NCBI GenBank assembly: GCA_965249555.1
Contig: OZ252243.1
Span: 768,001-832,000 of the forward strand
Source: Nitrosopumilus sp.
GTDB lineage: Archaea > Thermoproteota > Nitrososphaeria > Nitrososphaerales > Nitrosopumilaceae
Reading direction: 5' to 3'
Length of the DNA: 64,000 nucleotides
Position numbers and translations under genes: made by a program. This document shows positions 50,282 through 58,909 of this stretch, in pieces. Each line of letters starts with the position of its first letter. Position 1 is the stretch's first letter. The notes beneath the pieces are model-generated. The model was not told where the DNA came from. It worked only from the letters and a program-made list of their open reading frames with translations, and made no database searches.

Positions 50282-51709
50282 TTGAATAGGGTAAAAAATT
50301 CGAAAATAAAAAACAAGGATCAGTTTAATATTAATAGTTTATCAAATAATTCAATGACTAGAATGACAGTGCTGGGATTACTAGTCTTAGCTCTAGGAAT
50401 CAGTGCAATACCTGCACTTGCAGAGACAGAAATCTTATCACCATTCAAACAATTCAATTCTGGAATACCAATTAATGAAATTCAATGTAATGATTCTAAA
50501 ATTTTAATGGAATCACCACGAAATACTCCAGCTTGTGTAAATGAAACATCTGTGGATAGATTACTACAAAATGGATTTTATGTTATAGCAATTACTGTTG
50601 ATTCTACAAATATGGATGTAGAAGAACCTGATTCTACAAATATGGATGTAGAAGAACCTGATTCTACAAATATGGATGTAGAAGAACCTGATTCTACAAA
50701 TATGGATGTAGAAGAACCTGATTCTACAAATATGGATGTAGAAGAACCTGATTCTACAAATATGGATGTAGAAGAACCTGATTCTACAAATATGGATGTA
50801 GAAGAACCTGATTCTACAAATATGGATGTAGAAGAACCTGATTCTACAAATATGGATGTAGAAGAACCTGATTCTACAAATATGGATGTAGAAGAACCTG
50901 ATTCTACAAATATGGATGTAGAAGAACCTGATTCTACAAATATGGATGTAGAAGAACCTGATTCTACAAATATGGATGTAGAAGAACCTGATTCTACAAA
51001 TGGAAAATTAACAGTTGATAATGTAAATGATGAGCCACAAATTACAGTTTTGAATGTGTCCTCTCCTGTAGAATTTGTTGATGATGGGCAAGAAGTCAAA
51101 AGAGCAATGTTACAAAAATCCCCTGCACCTCATAATGTTTATGAAAGAATCACTAATGCAATAGAGACTGGACTTACTGCTAATGAAGAAGATGGAATTG
51201 CAAGAATTCCTACACCAGTTCCTCACGAAAAATATTCTAGACATTCAGATGGATTTTATCCTATTGATTGGATGCCAACACATATTCCAGATGGACAAAA
51301 ATTACTGTATAGTGAAACTTTTTGTTATGAAACTGTAGTTGTTTGTAAATTATATCTTGTCTTTGTACCAACCACATTTGTTTTGAATGCTAATGTAACA
51401 AATTTTGATATGGATATATCTAAAGGATTTACTGTGTATGTAGAGTATGAAGCTAGTGGACAAGATGAGATTGAAGATGTAATTGAAATGTTAAGGGAAA
51501 ATTTTGAATCACAAAGTGGTAATTATGCAGAATTTAGAGATATGACTCGAGACGGTAAAACCATTATGGCTATAGAAGGTGGTACTGATTATAATCATTA
51601 TCGTGCCAGTGTAAGTATGAATATAGATGAATACACTGCTTTTGGTGCTAATTCTAACTATCACACTTTGGATGAAATGATTTTAGTTTTTGATAGCTTA
51701 TGGAATTAA
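50282..51709 (+). CDS. Secreted acidic protein with 13x DSTNMDVEEP repeat (likely start MTRM ~50353)
   Basis: Signal peptide; SPFKQFNSGIPINEIQC...PACV N-terminal domain; tandem repeat; acidic C-terminal domain. Confidence 0.8.
   Translation: MNRVKNSKIKNKDQFNINSLSNNSMTRMTVLGLLVLALGISAIPALAETEILSPFKQFNSGIPINEIQCNDSKILMESPRNTPACVNETSVDRLLQNGFYVIAITVDSTNMDVEEPDSTNMDVEEPDSTNMDVEEPDSTNMDVEEPDSTNMDVEEPDSTNMDVEEPDSTNMDVEEPDSTNMDVEEPDSTNMDVEEPDSTNMDVEEPDSTNMDVEEPDSTNMDVEEPDSTNMDVEEPDSTNGKLTVDNVNDEPQITVLNVSSPVEFVDDGQEVKRAMLQKSPAPHNVYERITNAIETGLTANEEDGIARIPTPVPHEKYSRHSDGFYPIDWMPTHIPDGQKLLYSETFCYETVVVCKLYLVFVPTTFVLNANVTNFDMDISKGFTVYVEYEASGQDEIEDVIEMLRENFESQSGNYAEFRDMTRDGKTIMAIEGGTDYNHYRASVSMNIDEYTAFGANSNYHTLDEMILVFDSLWN
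50600..51001 (+). repeat. Perfect 30-bp tandem repeat, 13 full copies plus a partial copy
   Basis: Unit GATTCTACAAATATGGATGTAGAAGAACCT, with no mismatches and no spacers. Confidence 0.98.
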
Positions 51710-51766
51710 AATTTATAACTTTATTTGCCCTGATATTTACTCTAAGTTTATTTGTAATAGAACAAG

Positions 51767-52102
51767 ATGCTTTTGGTATTGCTGGTTGTGATAATCACTC
51801 ATTGTTACTCCCTTGAACAATCAACTAGATCCTACTCTATTGATGGTCTTGAATATCAGTTAGATTCTCCTGATTTATGGGTTGACAGAAATGCTTGTTT
51901 AAATATTTCATCTACAACTGGATGGCTTTCTGATTATGTTAGTGGTGAATGGGTTGAAAGTGGATTGACTAAAGGGGATGTTAGAAATGTTGGATGTGTT
52001 ACTCTATTAAAAACATATTATGCTTATAATTCTGTTTCAGATTTTGGAAATAACTATGTTGAGTATTTAGTTCCAAATGGCATATACTTTCTGATTATTT
52101 GA
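51767..52102 (+). CDS. Hypothetical secreted beta-rich protein, probably a fragment
   Basis: Hydrophobic start and a WVESG motif; ends close to the insertion boundary. Confidence 0.45.
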   Translation: MLLVLLVVIITHCYSLEQSTRSYSIDGLEYQLDSPDLWVDRNACLNISSTTGWLSDYVSGEWVESGLTKGDVRNVGCVTLLKTYYAYNSVSDFGNNYVEYLVPNGIYFLII

Positions 52103-52167
52103 AAAGAAAGTAAATCTTGGAACAAATCATAATAATCCTGTAAAATCAAATCATTGAAAACCACGTA

Positions 52168-52353
52168 TTAAATAGTAATTTCATCATTTGAATCAACATA
52201 CCTGTTTAATGCAGAAATTATTGCCAAGTATTCAGCTTGATTGTTAGTTAGCTTGGGTTTTTTTTCATAAAATGATTCTCCTGTCTCTTTTACGAAATAT
52301 CCGTATCCACTATTAGAACCTCCAGAACCGTCAACATAAACACTAATTTTCAT
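52168..52353 (-). pseudogene. rnhA: RNase HI-like gene, N-terminal fragment
   Basis: VYVDGSGG...TNNQAEYLAIISAL...EITI*; stops just before the expected (Y)SDS motif. Confidence 0.88.
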
Positions 52354-52786
52354 CTTTGTACAACCTCACCAACTTTACATTTAGATTTACTACTATCAAA
52401 AAAATCATTGCGGATATACTTTGTGATATGATTGATGCCAGATATGGGTCATAGTCTAGTGTCAGAAAATAGTACTGTAAAATCCATCTAGCAATGGCAT
52501 AAACAACTTCAGCAAGTCCAAGCGAGGTAACTAATTTTATAAGATCATGTTTTAGTTTAACAATATCTGTATCGCCAGATTCAACACGATATTTTTTTCT
52601 GTTATCAAAATAGTATAACACACCAAAAACTGAAAAGTAAATAGAATAATCTGCAATTATAGTATATGTTGAGTTGAGATAGTCTTCTTGATCAGATAAA
52701 AGTTGGGCAATTGCTGCAGAAATAATTATCGATGTAAAAATTGCAATTAGAATATTTTTGTTAAGTTTAAGATAATCCTGTAACAC
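52343..52786 (-). CDS. Hypothetical 4-TM membrane protein (GtrA-like topology)
   Basis: Four hydrophobic segments; overlaps the rnhA start. Confidence 0.7.
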   Translation of the reverse strand: MLQDYLKLNKNILIAIFTSIIISAAIAQLLSDQEDYLNSTYTIIADYSIYFSVFGVLYYFDNRKKYRVESGDTDIVKLKHDLIKLVTSLGLAEVVYAIARWILQYYFLTLDYDPYLASIISQSISAMIFLIVVNLNVKLVRLYKDEN

Positions 52787-52821
52787 AATTTTTGTTATTT
52801 TTTGTTACAATTAAACTAGGG

Positions 52822-53106
52822 TCAATCCAAAGTAATCTTTAGGAATATTATCAATCCGGCAAGTTCTGCAATTCCTACCCCTAGCATATATGGGAATATT
52901 TCATTAGAGAAAAGCATCTCCATTGAGAAATATGCCAAGGCACCGATGACATTATGTAAAAATAACATCACAGTAACTACGATCATACCTAATGGAAGCT
53001 GTGCTCGAGTCTTTCCATACATCTTTCCAAATATACAGATCAGAATTCCAAGTATGCCCATATTTGCAATTGAAACAATAGACAAAACTAGTGAGGTAGG
53101 CTCCAT
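52822..53106 (-). CDS. 3-TM membrane protein
   Basis: Three hydrophobic helices; downstream of a wHTH regulator. Confidence 0.78.
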   Translation of the reverse strand: MEPTSLVLSIVSIANMGILGILICIFGKMYGKTRAQLPLGMIVVTVMLFLHNVIGALAYFSMEMLFSNEIFPYMLGVGIAELAGLIIFLKITLD

Positions 53107-53131
53107 TTAGTGAAAAACACCTCTTGAGCTT

Positions 53132-53434
53132 TTATTTACTTTTATCCAATTTTCTTTCAATTTCTTCAAATGTCTCTATATTTACTTCAAGAAAGGTGGA
53201 AATGAAAAATATAATGCCATATTTTTCTCCAACTTTAGTAATCATGTTATTTTTTTCAAGCACCTTAATGTGATGTTGAATGGCCTTGTAATCCAGGCCT
53301 AACTCTTTTGCTAATTGATTAGTATTAAGCGGATTTTCCTTTAATTTTGAAATAATTTTTAGGCGATTTAATCCTCCTCTAGAAGCTGCAAAAACAAACC
53401 AAAGCAGCCTTTTTGCATCAGGATCATTTGCCAT
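53132..53434 (-). CDS. ArsR-like winged-helix regulator
   Basis: MANDPDAKRLLWFVFAASRGGLNRLKII...NTNQLAKELGLDYKAIQHHIKVL. Confidence 0.88.
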   Translation of the reverse strand: MANDPDAKRLLWFVFAASRGGLNRLKIISKLKENPLNTNQLAKELGLDYKAIQHHIKVLEKNNMITKVGEKYGIIFFISTFLEVNIETFEEIERKLDKSK

Positions 53435-53536
53435 GAGTAACGAAAAATCTTCTAGTTCACTACTAAAAGGTATTTTGGGATTGAGTGATAATAGAAAGTA
53501 TAAAAACACAATCAAGCAAATTTCTTTGAATTAAAA

Positions 53537-54418
53537 ATGATGTTAAATTATGATGCTCCATTATACAGACCACCTTCAGAAGCAAAGTCATTAATTTTCC
53601 AGGTTACATTGGGTTGTTCATTTAACGAATGTTCTTTTTGTGATATGTATAGATCAAAAGAATATTCTGAAAGGACATGGGACGAGATAAAAGCAGAAAT
53701 TGATATGATGGCAAATTATTTGCCTGATACTAAAAGAGTGTTTCTTGCAGATGGTGATGCATTGAATCTTGATGCAGAATTTATAATAAAAATTACAAAA
53801 TACATTAAAGAAAAATTTGCAAAGCTTGAAAGAATTTCTTGTTATGCAATGCCGATGAATATTCTAAAGAAAACACCTGAAGAACTAAAGAAAATGAATG
53901 AAGCAGGACTTGATATGTTTTATCTGGGAATTGAAAGCGGTTCTGACATAGTTCTAAAAAAAGTAACAAAGGGGGCAATTGCAAAGACTATCACAAAATC
54001 GGTCAACAAGGCAAAAGAAGCGGGTTACATAATGTCATGCATGATAATTTTAGGACTGGGTGGAAGAACATACTCTAAAGAACATATCAAAGGTACTGCT
54101 GAAGTGATTAGTGCATGCTCACCGCAGTATGTTGGAGCTCTGACTCTATATCTAGAAAATGGAATAAAACAAGAATTTCTTGACAAGTATGAAGAGCCAT
54201 TCATAAAAATTAATGATGATGAATCATTAGAAGAACTTCATGATTTGATTAGCCAGATAGAAACCGAAGATGATATTGTTTTTCGAGCAAATCATGGCTC
54301 AAATGCATATACAGTCAAGGGTACATTCCCAGAAGACAAACAAGAAATGTTAGATAAAATAGAATGGATGAAACAACATCCAGAAATTATCCGTCCAGAA
54401 GGACTACGAGGATTCTAA
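53537..54418 (+). CDS. Radical SAM protein
   Basis: YRPPSE; CSFNECSFC (CxxxCxxC); GIESG. Confidence 0.93.
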   Translation: MMLNYDAPLYRPPSEAKSLIFQVTLGCSFNECSFCDMYRSKEYSERTWDEIKAEIDMMANYLPDTKRVFLADGDALNLDAEFIIKITKYIKEKFAKLERISCYAMPMNILKKTPEELKKMNEAGLDMFYLGIESGSDIVLKKVTKGAIAKTITKSVNKAKEAGYIMSCMIILGLGGRTYSKEHIKGTAEVISACSPQYVGALTLYLENGIKQEFLDKYEEPFIKINDDESLEELHDLISQIETEDDIVFRANHGSNAYTVKGTFPEDKQEMLDKIEWMKQHPEIIRPEGLRGF

Positions 54419-54419
54419 A

Positions 54420-54671
54420 TTAAAGATTATCAATTACAGGCTTGAGATTGTCGGGTAATTCTGGTAACTCAGTATGGCTTTCATTGTTTTGAAGTATTTC
54501 AGGTCCTATGCGTCTAACTCGTTGAGTTCCAATGAGGGTATCAATATTTCTTTGAATGTCTTTTTCAGATAAGATAGTCTTTAATTTTTCAATTACAGTA
54601 TCTTCATTTTCATATTTTTTTATTCCATATTGAACAAGAATGATTTTTTCTTCTGAGGAAAAATCTGTCAT
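54420..54671 (-). CDS. Hypothetical protein
   Basis: 83-aa protein-like ORF. Confidence 0.7.
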   Translation of the reverse strand: MTDFSSEEKIILVQYGIKKYENEDTVIEKLKTILSEKDIQRNIDTLIGTQRVRRIGPEILQNNESHTELPELPDNLKPVIDNL

Positions 54672-54728
54672 ATTTATACCAAGAAGTTCACGGCTAATAA
54701 CCGTTGATTAGTGAAAAATAATTAAAAT

Positions 54729-55244
54729 ATGATGAATTGTAAATTATCCTACTTGGAAAGTAAATTACAATTAATCTCAAACGTATTGACTACGAAAAGA
54801 TATGCTACTATTGCAATAATTAGTGGTGTAGGATTAGGAATAATCTATTACTTTTTGACAATGTCAATGCTACCTACTCACTTTGATGGCGTAGTGAAGA
54901 TAATGCCATCATACATTGCTACATCAATTGTGCTAACAATAGTAATTTCAGCTTTGGCTGGAATCAATTTTGCGTTGATGGCATTTAAGATAAAGAGAAT
55001 GAAGATGATGAATTCTGTAAAATCAAACTCTTCAGCTCTATTAGGTGGAGCTTTTGCAGCATTTACTCCGGGATGTCCTGCATGTACTGCGCCTCTAGCA
55101 GTGATTCTAGGTGCAGTTGGAGGATTGTCATTGTTTCCAATGCAAGGATTAGAGCTGAAATTCATTTCAGTTGGAGTCCTAGTTTTTTCCATCTATTGGA
55201 TTACAAGAGGACTTCAAAGTAAGAGTTGTTGTAAGATAGGATAG
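54729..55244 (+). CDS. Membrane protein with CPAC and terminal CC motifs (possible metal transport or redox role)
   Basis: Four TM segments; PGCPACTAPL; KSCCK. Confidence 0.7.
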   Translation: MMNCKLSYLESKLQLISNVLTTKRYATIAIISGVGLGIIYYFLTMSMLPTHFDGVVKIMPSYIATSIVLTIVISALAGINFALMAFKIKRMKMMNSVKSNSSALLGGAFAAFTPGCPACTAPLAVILGAVGGLSLFPMQGLELKFISVGVLVFSIYWITRGLQSKSCCKIG

Positions 55245-55352
55245 TTAGACCATACTCATGATAACTAATTTTGCATGCATACTAGCTGCTACTATCAATC
55301 CTAGATAGGGTAATTTGGTAGAGACCATCTTCTTTTTCTCTAAATATTTTTG

Positions 55353-55523
55353 TTATTTACTACCAACGCCACAATGAGGACAATATCCTAGTTTTTTGTT
55401 ATATTTACTACTACAAACCCCACAAATCATAGTATCATCAATATGGTTTTTCTTGATGTATGGAATAACTAGTTTGATGATTATTGCTATAACAATTGGG
55501 ATAACTATTAGATACCAGACCAT
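55353..55523 (-). CDS. Small membrane-anchored zinc-ribbon protein, 56 aa (not in the ORF track)
   Basis: MVWYLIVIPIVIAIIIKLVIPYIKKNHIDDTMICGVCSSKYNKKLGYCPHCGVGSK. Confidence 0.65.
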   Translation of the reverse strand: MVWYLIVIPIVIAIIIKLVIPYIKKNHIDDTMICGVCSSKYNKKLGYCPHCGVGSK

Positions 55524-55611
55524 AAGTAATTGAAATTAAATAATGCGAGGTTCATAAAGTGTTCTACTCTTTTAGGCCATCAAAGAGGATGATTCGTAAT
55601 CCATAGTAAGA

Positions 55612-56139
55612 TTATGAATTATTTCTGTATGCCAATACAAAACCTAACCCACCACACATTACTCCCATTGCTAAAAGTGCAATAAATCCACCAATTGGTT
55701 CTATGAATGAATCCAGAATGGCAAGATCTTTTGGACCTATTTTTCCTTCAGTAAAAACTGTAAGCAATCCAGTGCCTGCTAAACCTGCATATGTCATTAT
55801 CATCATAGATCCTGCACCTCCAACATTCATTCCAATCAAATGAATTGCAGCCAACACATTTGATCTTCTTGAGAATTTTTTCTTCAAAGTAATTTGAAGA
55901 TGACTGTAAAATAATGCAGTAACTGCTACTGCAATTATTATGATAAGATGAAATATTACTCCTAAAAAGAACCATTTGCCAGTTCCTTCAAAAGATAATG
56001 AGAGATATTGAATTATGTTAATATCATTATTAGCTACTTGGATTGCTACAATAACTACAGCCATTATGGCAATTATTGCACCCTGAATTATAGCTGCAAT
56101 AATGAATAGATCTACCCATCTAAATTCTGTAGTTGTCAT
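55612..56139 (-). CDS. Hypothetical 4-TM membrane protein
   Basis: Four TM helices with intramembrane His (FHL, AIHLIGMN). Confidence 0.75.
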   Translation of the reverse strand: MTTTEFRWVDLFIIAAIIQGAIIAIMAVVIVAIQVANNDINIIQYLSLSFEGTGKWFFLGVIFHLIIIIAVAVTALFYSHLQITLKKKFSRRSNVLAAIHLIGMNVGGAGSMMIMTYAGLAGTGLLTVFTEGKIGPKDLAILDSFIEPIGGFIALLAMGVMCGGLGFVLAYRNNS

Positions 56140-56254
56140 TTGTCTGTTATCATCCTAATTCATCGGTAATATGATGGTGTTAGTCGAAATTTATTGATTA
56201 TTGCGTAATCTCTACTAGGATTATGAAATTTTATTCGTGTAGTAAAATTTGGGT

Positions 56255-56642
56255 TCAAGTGTTTTCCAGTATAACACTAGTTGACTCTTGTAATATTTTT
56301 TGTATGTCACCGATTAATTTTGGTGTTTCTAATATGTTATCAAGGGTAATCAAAAGAATTTGATATTCATTTAAAGGAATAGTCAATCGGATTATCTTGC
56401 CATATACTGCCATAGCATATTGACCTTCTCCTATCTTTTGAGAAAATTTTCTACGAGTTTGCCAAGAATGTATTGCTTCTCCCATTAATTTTTCAGTATC
56501 CTTTTCATCAAGAAGGAGAGTTATTCCCACTCTGTGCTTTTTCAGTAATTGTACCAAAATTACCACAAATTGCTGCAAGTCGTATATTGTCATTTGATTG
56601 AATTATTTTTTCTAATAGGTCTTTGTAATTATTTTCACTCAA
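56255..56642 (-). pseudogene. DUF6659/roadblock-like protein with a single frameshift (~56540)
   Basis: NIRLAAICGNFG (one frame) joins HRVGITLLL...IGEGQYAMAVYGKIIRLTIPL (other frame) at an A5 run. Confidence 0.65.
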
Positions 56643-56735
56643 TATCTGATGACCACCATAAATTGAATTATGAATTTCATGCATTACCATCAGTATGTTA
56701 CATTAGATAACATGACCATGGACACAAAATTGAGG

Positions 56736-56756
56736 CTAAAATGGGTTCACGGGATT
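56736..56756 (-). repeat. Degenerate copy of the tRNA-Val 3' end (att-like)
   Basis: ctaaaatgggttcacgggatt versus ctaaaatgggcccacggggatt at 57688-57709. Confidence 0.55.
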
Positions 56757-56834
56757 CAGCCACCATATTGGGATAGAAATGGACACGGGTAGGCATAGAA
56801 ATTGATTTTAAACACCAAACTGGGATGAAATTCC

Positions 56835-57641
56835 TTGACGAAAAAGAGAATATTCATCAGTATCGTTATGGGAATTATTGCAATATTAGGATTAGATGCA
56901 TTTGTAATCGAACCTAACATGATTGAAGTTAATGAAATTGATATTTCAAATGCTGGAACTGAAATGAAAATTGGTTTTATTTCTGATTTTCAAAGACAAA
57001 ATTCTGATCCTGCATTTGTTCAACGTGTAGTAGACATAATGAATGAGAAAGATCTTGATGTAATTTTAATTGCAGGTGATTTTATAGATAGAAATCTAAG
57101 TGAATTACCATCACTTGAACCATTAAAAAAATTAGAAACCAAGTATGGAGTGTATGGTGTTTTAGGAAATCATGACTATAATGTATATTTTCTAAATCGA
57201 GACAATGCTAATCTAGAACTTGGAGAGAAGGTCAAAGAGTTTGTTGAAAGTAATGGGACAGTCAAAATTCTCAAAAATGAAAATACTGTAATTAAAGACA
57301 TTGTAATAATCGGTCTTGATTCTTACTGGGCAGGACTAAGAGATATTGATAAAGCTTTTACAAATACTTCAAATGAATTTAAAATTTTATTGGCACATAA
57401 TCAAAACGACTTGGAAATCGACAAAGAAATTGCGGATGTTTATTTATTTGGACATACTCATTGCGGACAAGTTAGACTTCCATATCTTGGTTCAATACCA
57501 AAAATAATTGGATTTGAAGGAGATTATGACTATAGACATTATGTTGTAAATGATGCTGATGTCTATACAACATGTGGTTTGACTCCTGCACCAAGATTTT
57601 TCAATCCTCCAGAGATTACAATAATAAACTTGTTAGAATAA
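56835..57641 (+). CDS. Calcineurin-like metallophosphoesterase (YkuE/YaeI-like) with N-terminal TM
   Basis: ISDF, AGDF, LGNHD, LAHN, GHTHCGQ. Confidence 0.92.
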   Translation: MTKKRIFISIVMGIIAILGLDAFVIEPNMIEVNEIDISNAGTEMKIGFISDFQRQNSDPAFVQRVVDIMNEKDLDVILIAGDFIDRNLSELPSLEPLKKLETKYGVYGVLGNHDYNVYFLNRDNANLELGEKVKEFVESNGTVKILKNENTVIKDIVIIGLDSYWAGLRDIDKAFTNTSNEFKILLAHNQNDLEIDKEIADVYLFGHTHCGQVRLPYLGSIPKIIGFEGDYDYRHYVVNDADVYTTCGLTPAPRFFNPPEITIINLLE

Positions 57642-57693
57642 GCTAATTTTTCCTTTAATTGAAAATCAGTATTCCTACTAATAGGGACTAAAA

Positions 57694-57768
57694 TGGGCCC
57701 ACGGGGATTTGAACCCCGGATCTTCGCCGTGTAAGGGCGACGTCATAACCGACCTGGACCATGAGCCC
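57694..57768 (-). tRNA. tRNA-Val(TAC)
   Basis: GGGCTCA/TGGGCCC acceptor; TCGCC-CTTACAC-GGCGA anticodon arm; GGTTCAAATCC. Confidence 0.95.
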
Positions 57769-57847
57769 AGAGACCTACCTTGTTAAAATCCATTTAAACT
57801 TTGAGACAAAGGAGAATCTAGAAATTTGATAAAAAATAAAGAAATTC

Positions 57848-58864
57848 ATGAACGTTCTTGATTATTTTTCTAGTCCAATTGGATTGGGTCATGTTACTCG
57901 AGATATTGCAATTGTAAATAATTTTGAAAACATGACAACTAACTTTGTAACAGGTAGTGGAGCTGCAAAAATTCTAAAAAATCTAGATTTTAAAGTACAA
58001 GATGTATACAATCCACCTTCATTTATTGTTGAAAATGGTACATTAAAGAGTCCAGCAAAATGGTTGTGGAATTATTTTCAATACTATAAAGACTGTAAAA
58101 AAATTTCACAAAGGATCATTCAAGAAGATAATCCAAGTTTGGTGATTAGTGATGAGGATTTTGCATCATTAACTGTTGCACAAAAAATGAAAATTCCAAC
58201 AGTACTTGTCACAGATGTTTTAGAGACTCGTTTCACTACAGGATTAGCATCACTAATTGAAAAAAAGATGAACAAATCAATGCTTGAAATTATTAAAAAA
58301 TGCGACATTGTAATTCTTCCTGAAAATGGAAATGATCAAGACAATATCAAAAGAGTGGGACCAATAGTTAGACAAACAAAGTTTTCAAGAGAAGAACTAC
58401 GAAAAAAATTCTCATTTGAGAAAAAAACAATAGTTATTTCAATTGGGGGAACTGATGCAGGAATGTTTCTTATCAAAAAAGCATTAGAATCTGTTTCAAA
58501 AATCAGTCAAGATATAGAAGTAGTTCTAGTGTCAGGTCCAGCAGTTAGTGAAAAATTTGAAAATGTTAGAAATTTGGGGTTTGTGGATAATTTACACGAG
58601 TTAATTTTTGCTGCAGATTTATTAATTTCTCTTGCTGGAAAATCAACCATAGATGAGGCTAATGCTTATGGAACACCTGCAATATTTATTCCCATAAAGG
58701 GTCATTTCGAGCAAGAAGATAACGCGAAAGAAGAGGGATTTGTTTTTGAGGATATCAATAGGCTTGATGTATTAATTTTAGAAAAACTTGAAGAGGAAAG
58801 AAATCAAGTAAACACAAATGGTGCAAAAAATGCATCAGATATTATTAGAAAATTGATGAATTAA
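57848..58864 (+). CDS. GT-B glycosyltransferase (GT28/MurG-like)
   Basis: GLGHVTR, ISIGG, ADLLISLAGKSTIDEA, HFEQEDNA. Confidence 0.88.
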   Translation: MNVLDYFSSPIGLGHVTRDIAIVNNFENMTTNFVTGSGAAKILKNLDFKVQDVYNPPSFIVENGTLKSPAKWLWNYFQYYKDCKKISQRIIQEDNPSLVISDEDFASLTVAQKMKIPTVLVTDVLETRFTTGLASLIEKKMNKSMLEIIKKCDIVILPENGNDQDNIKRVGPIVRQTKFSREELRKKFSFEKKTIVISIGGTDAGMFLIKKALESVSKISQDIEVVLVSGPAVSEKFENVRNLGFVDNLHELIFAADLLISLAGKSTIDEANAYGTPAIFIPIKGHFEQEDNAKEEGFVFEDINRLDVLILEKLEEERNQVNTNGAKNASDIIRKLMN

Positions 58865-58909
58865 CGATCAAATGCTTAATAGATGGTCATTTGATTTTGA
58901 TAAGGTACC

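Noticed and set aside
50600-51001. CRISPR array (30-bp repeat with a TTCTAC..GTAGA hairpin reminiscent of Cas12a repeats)
   Set aside because: Units are head-to-tail with no spacers, lie in frame inside a CDS, and no cas genes are in the window
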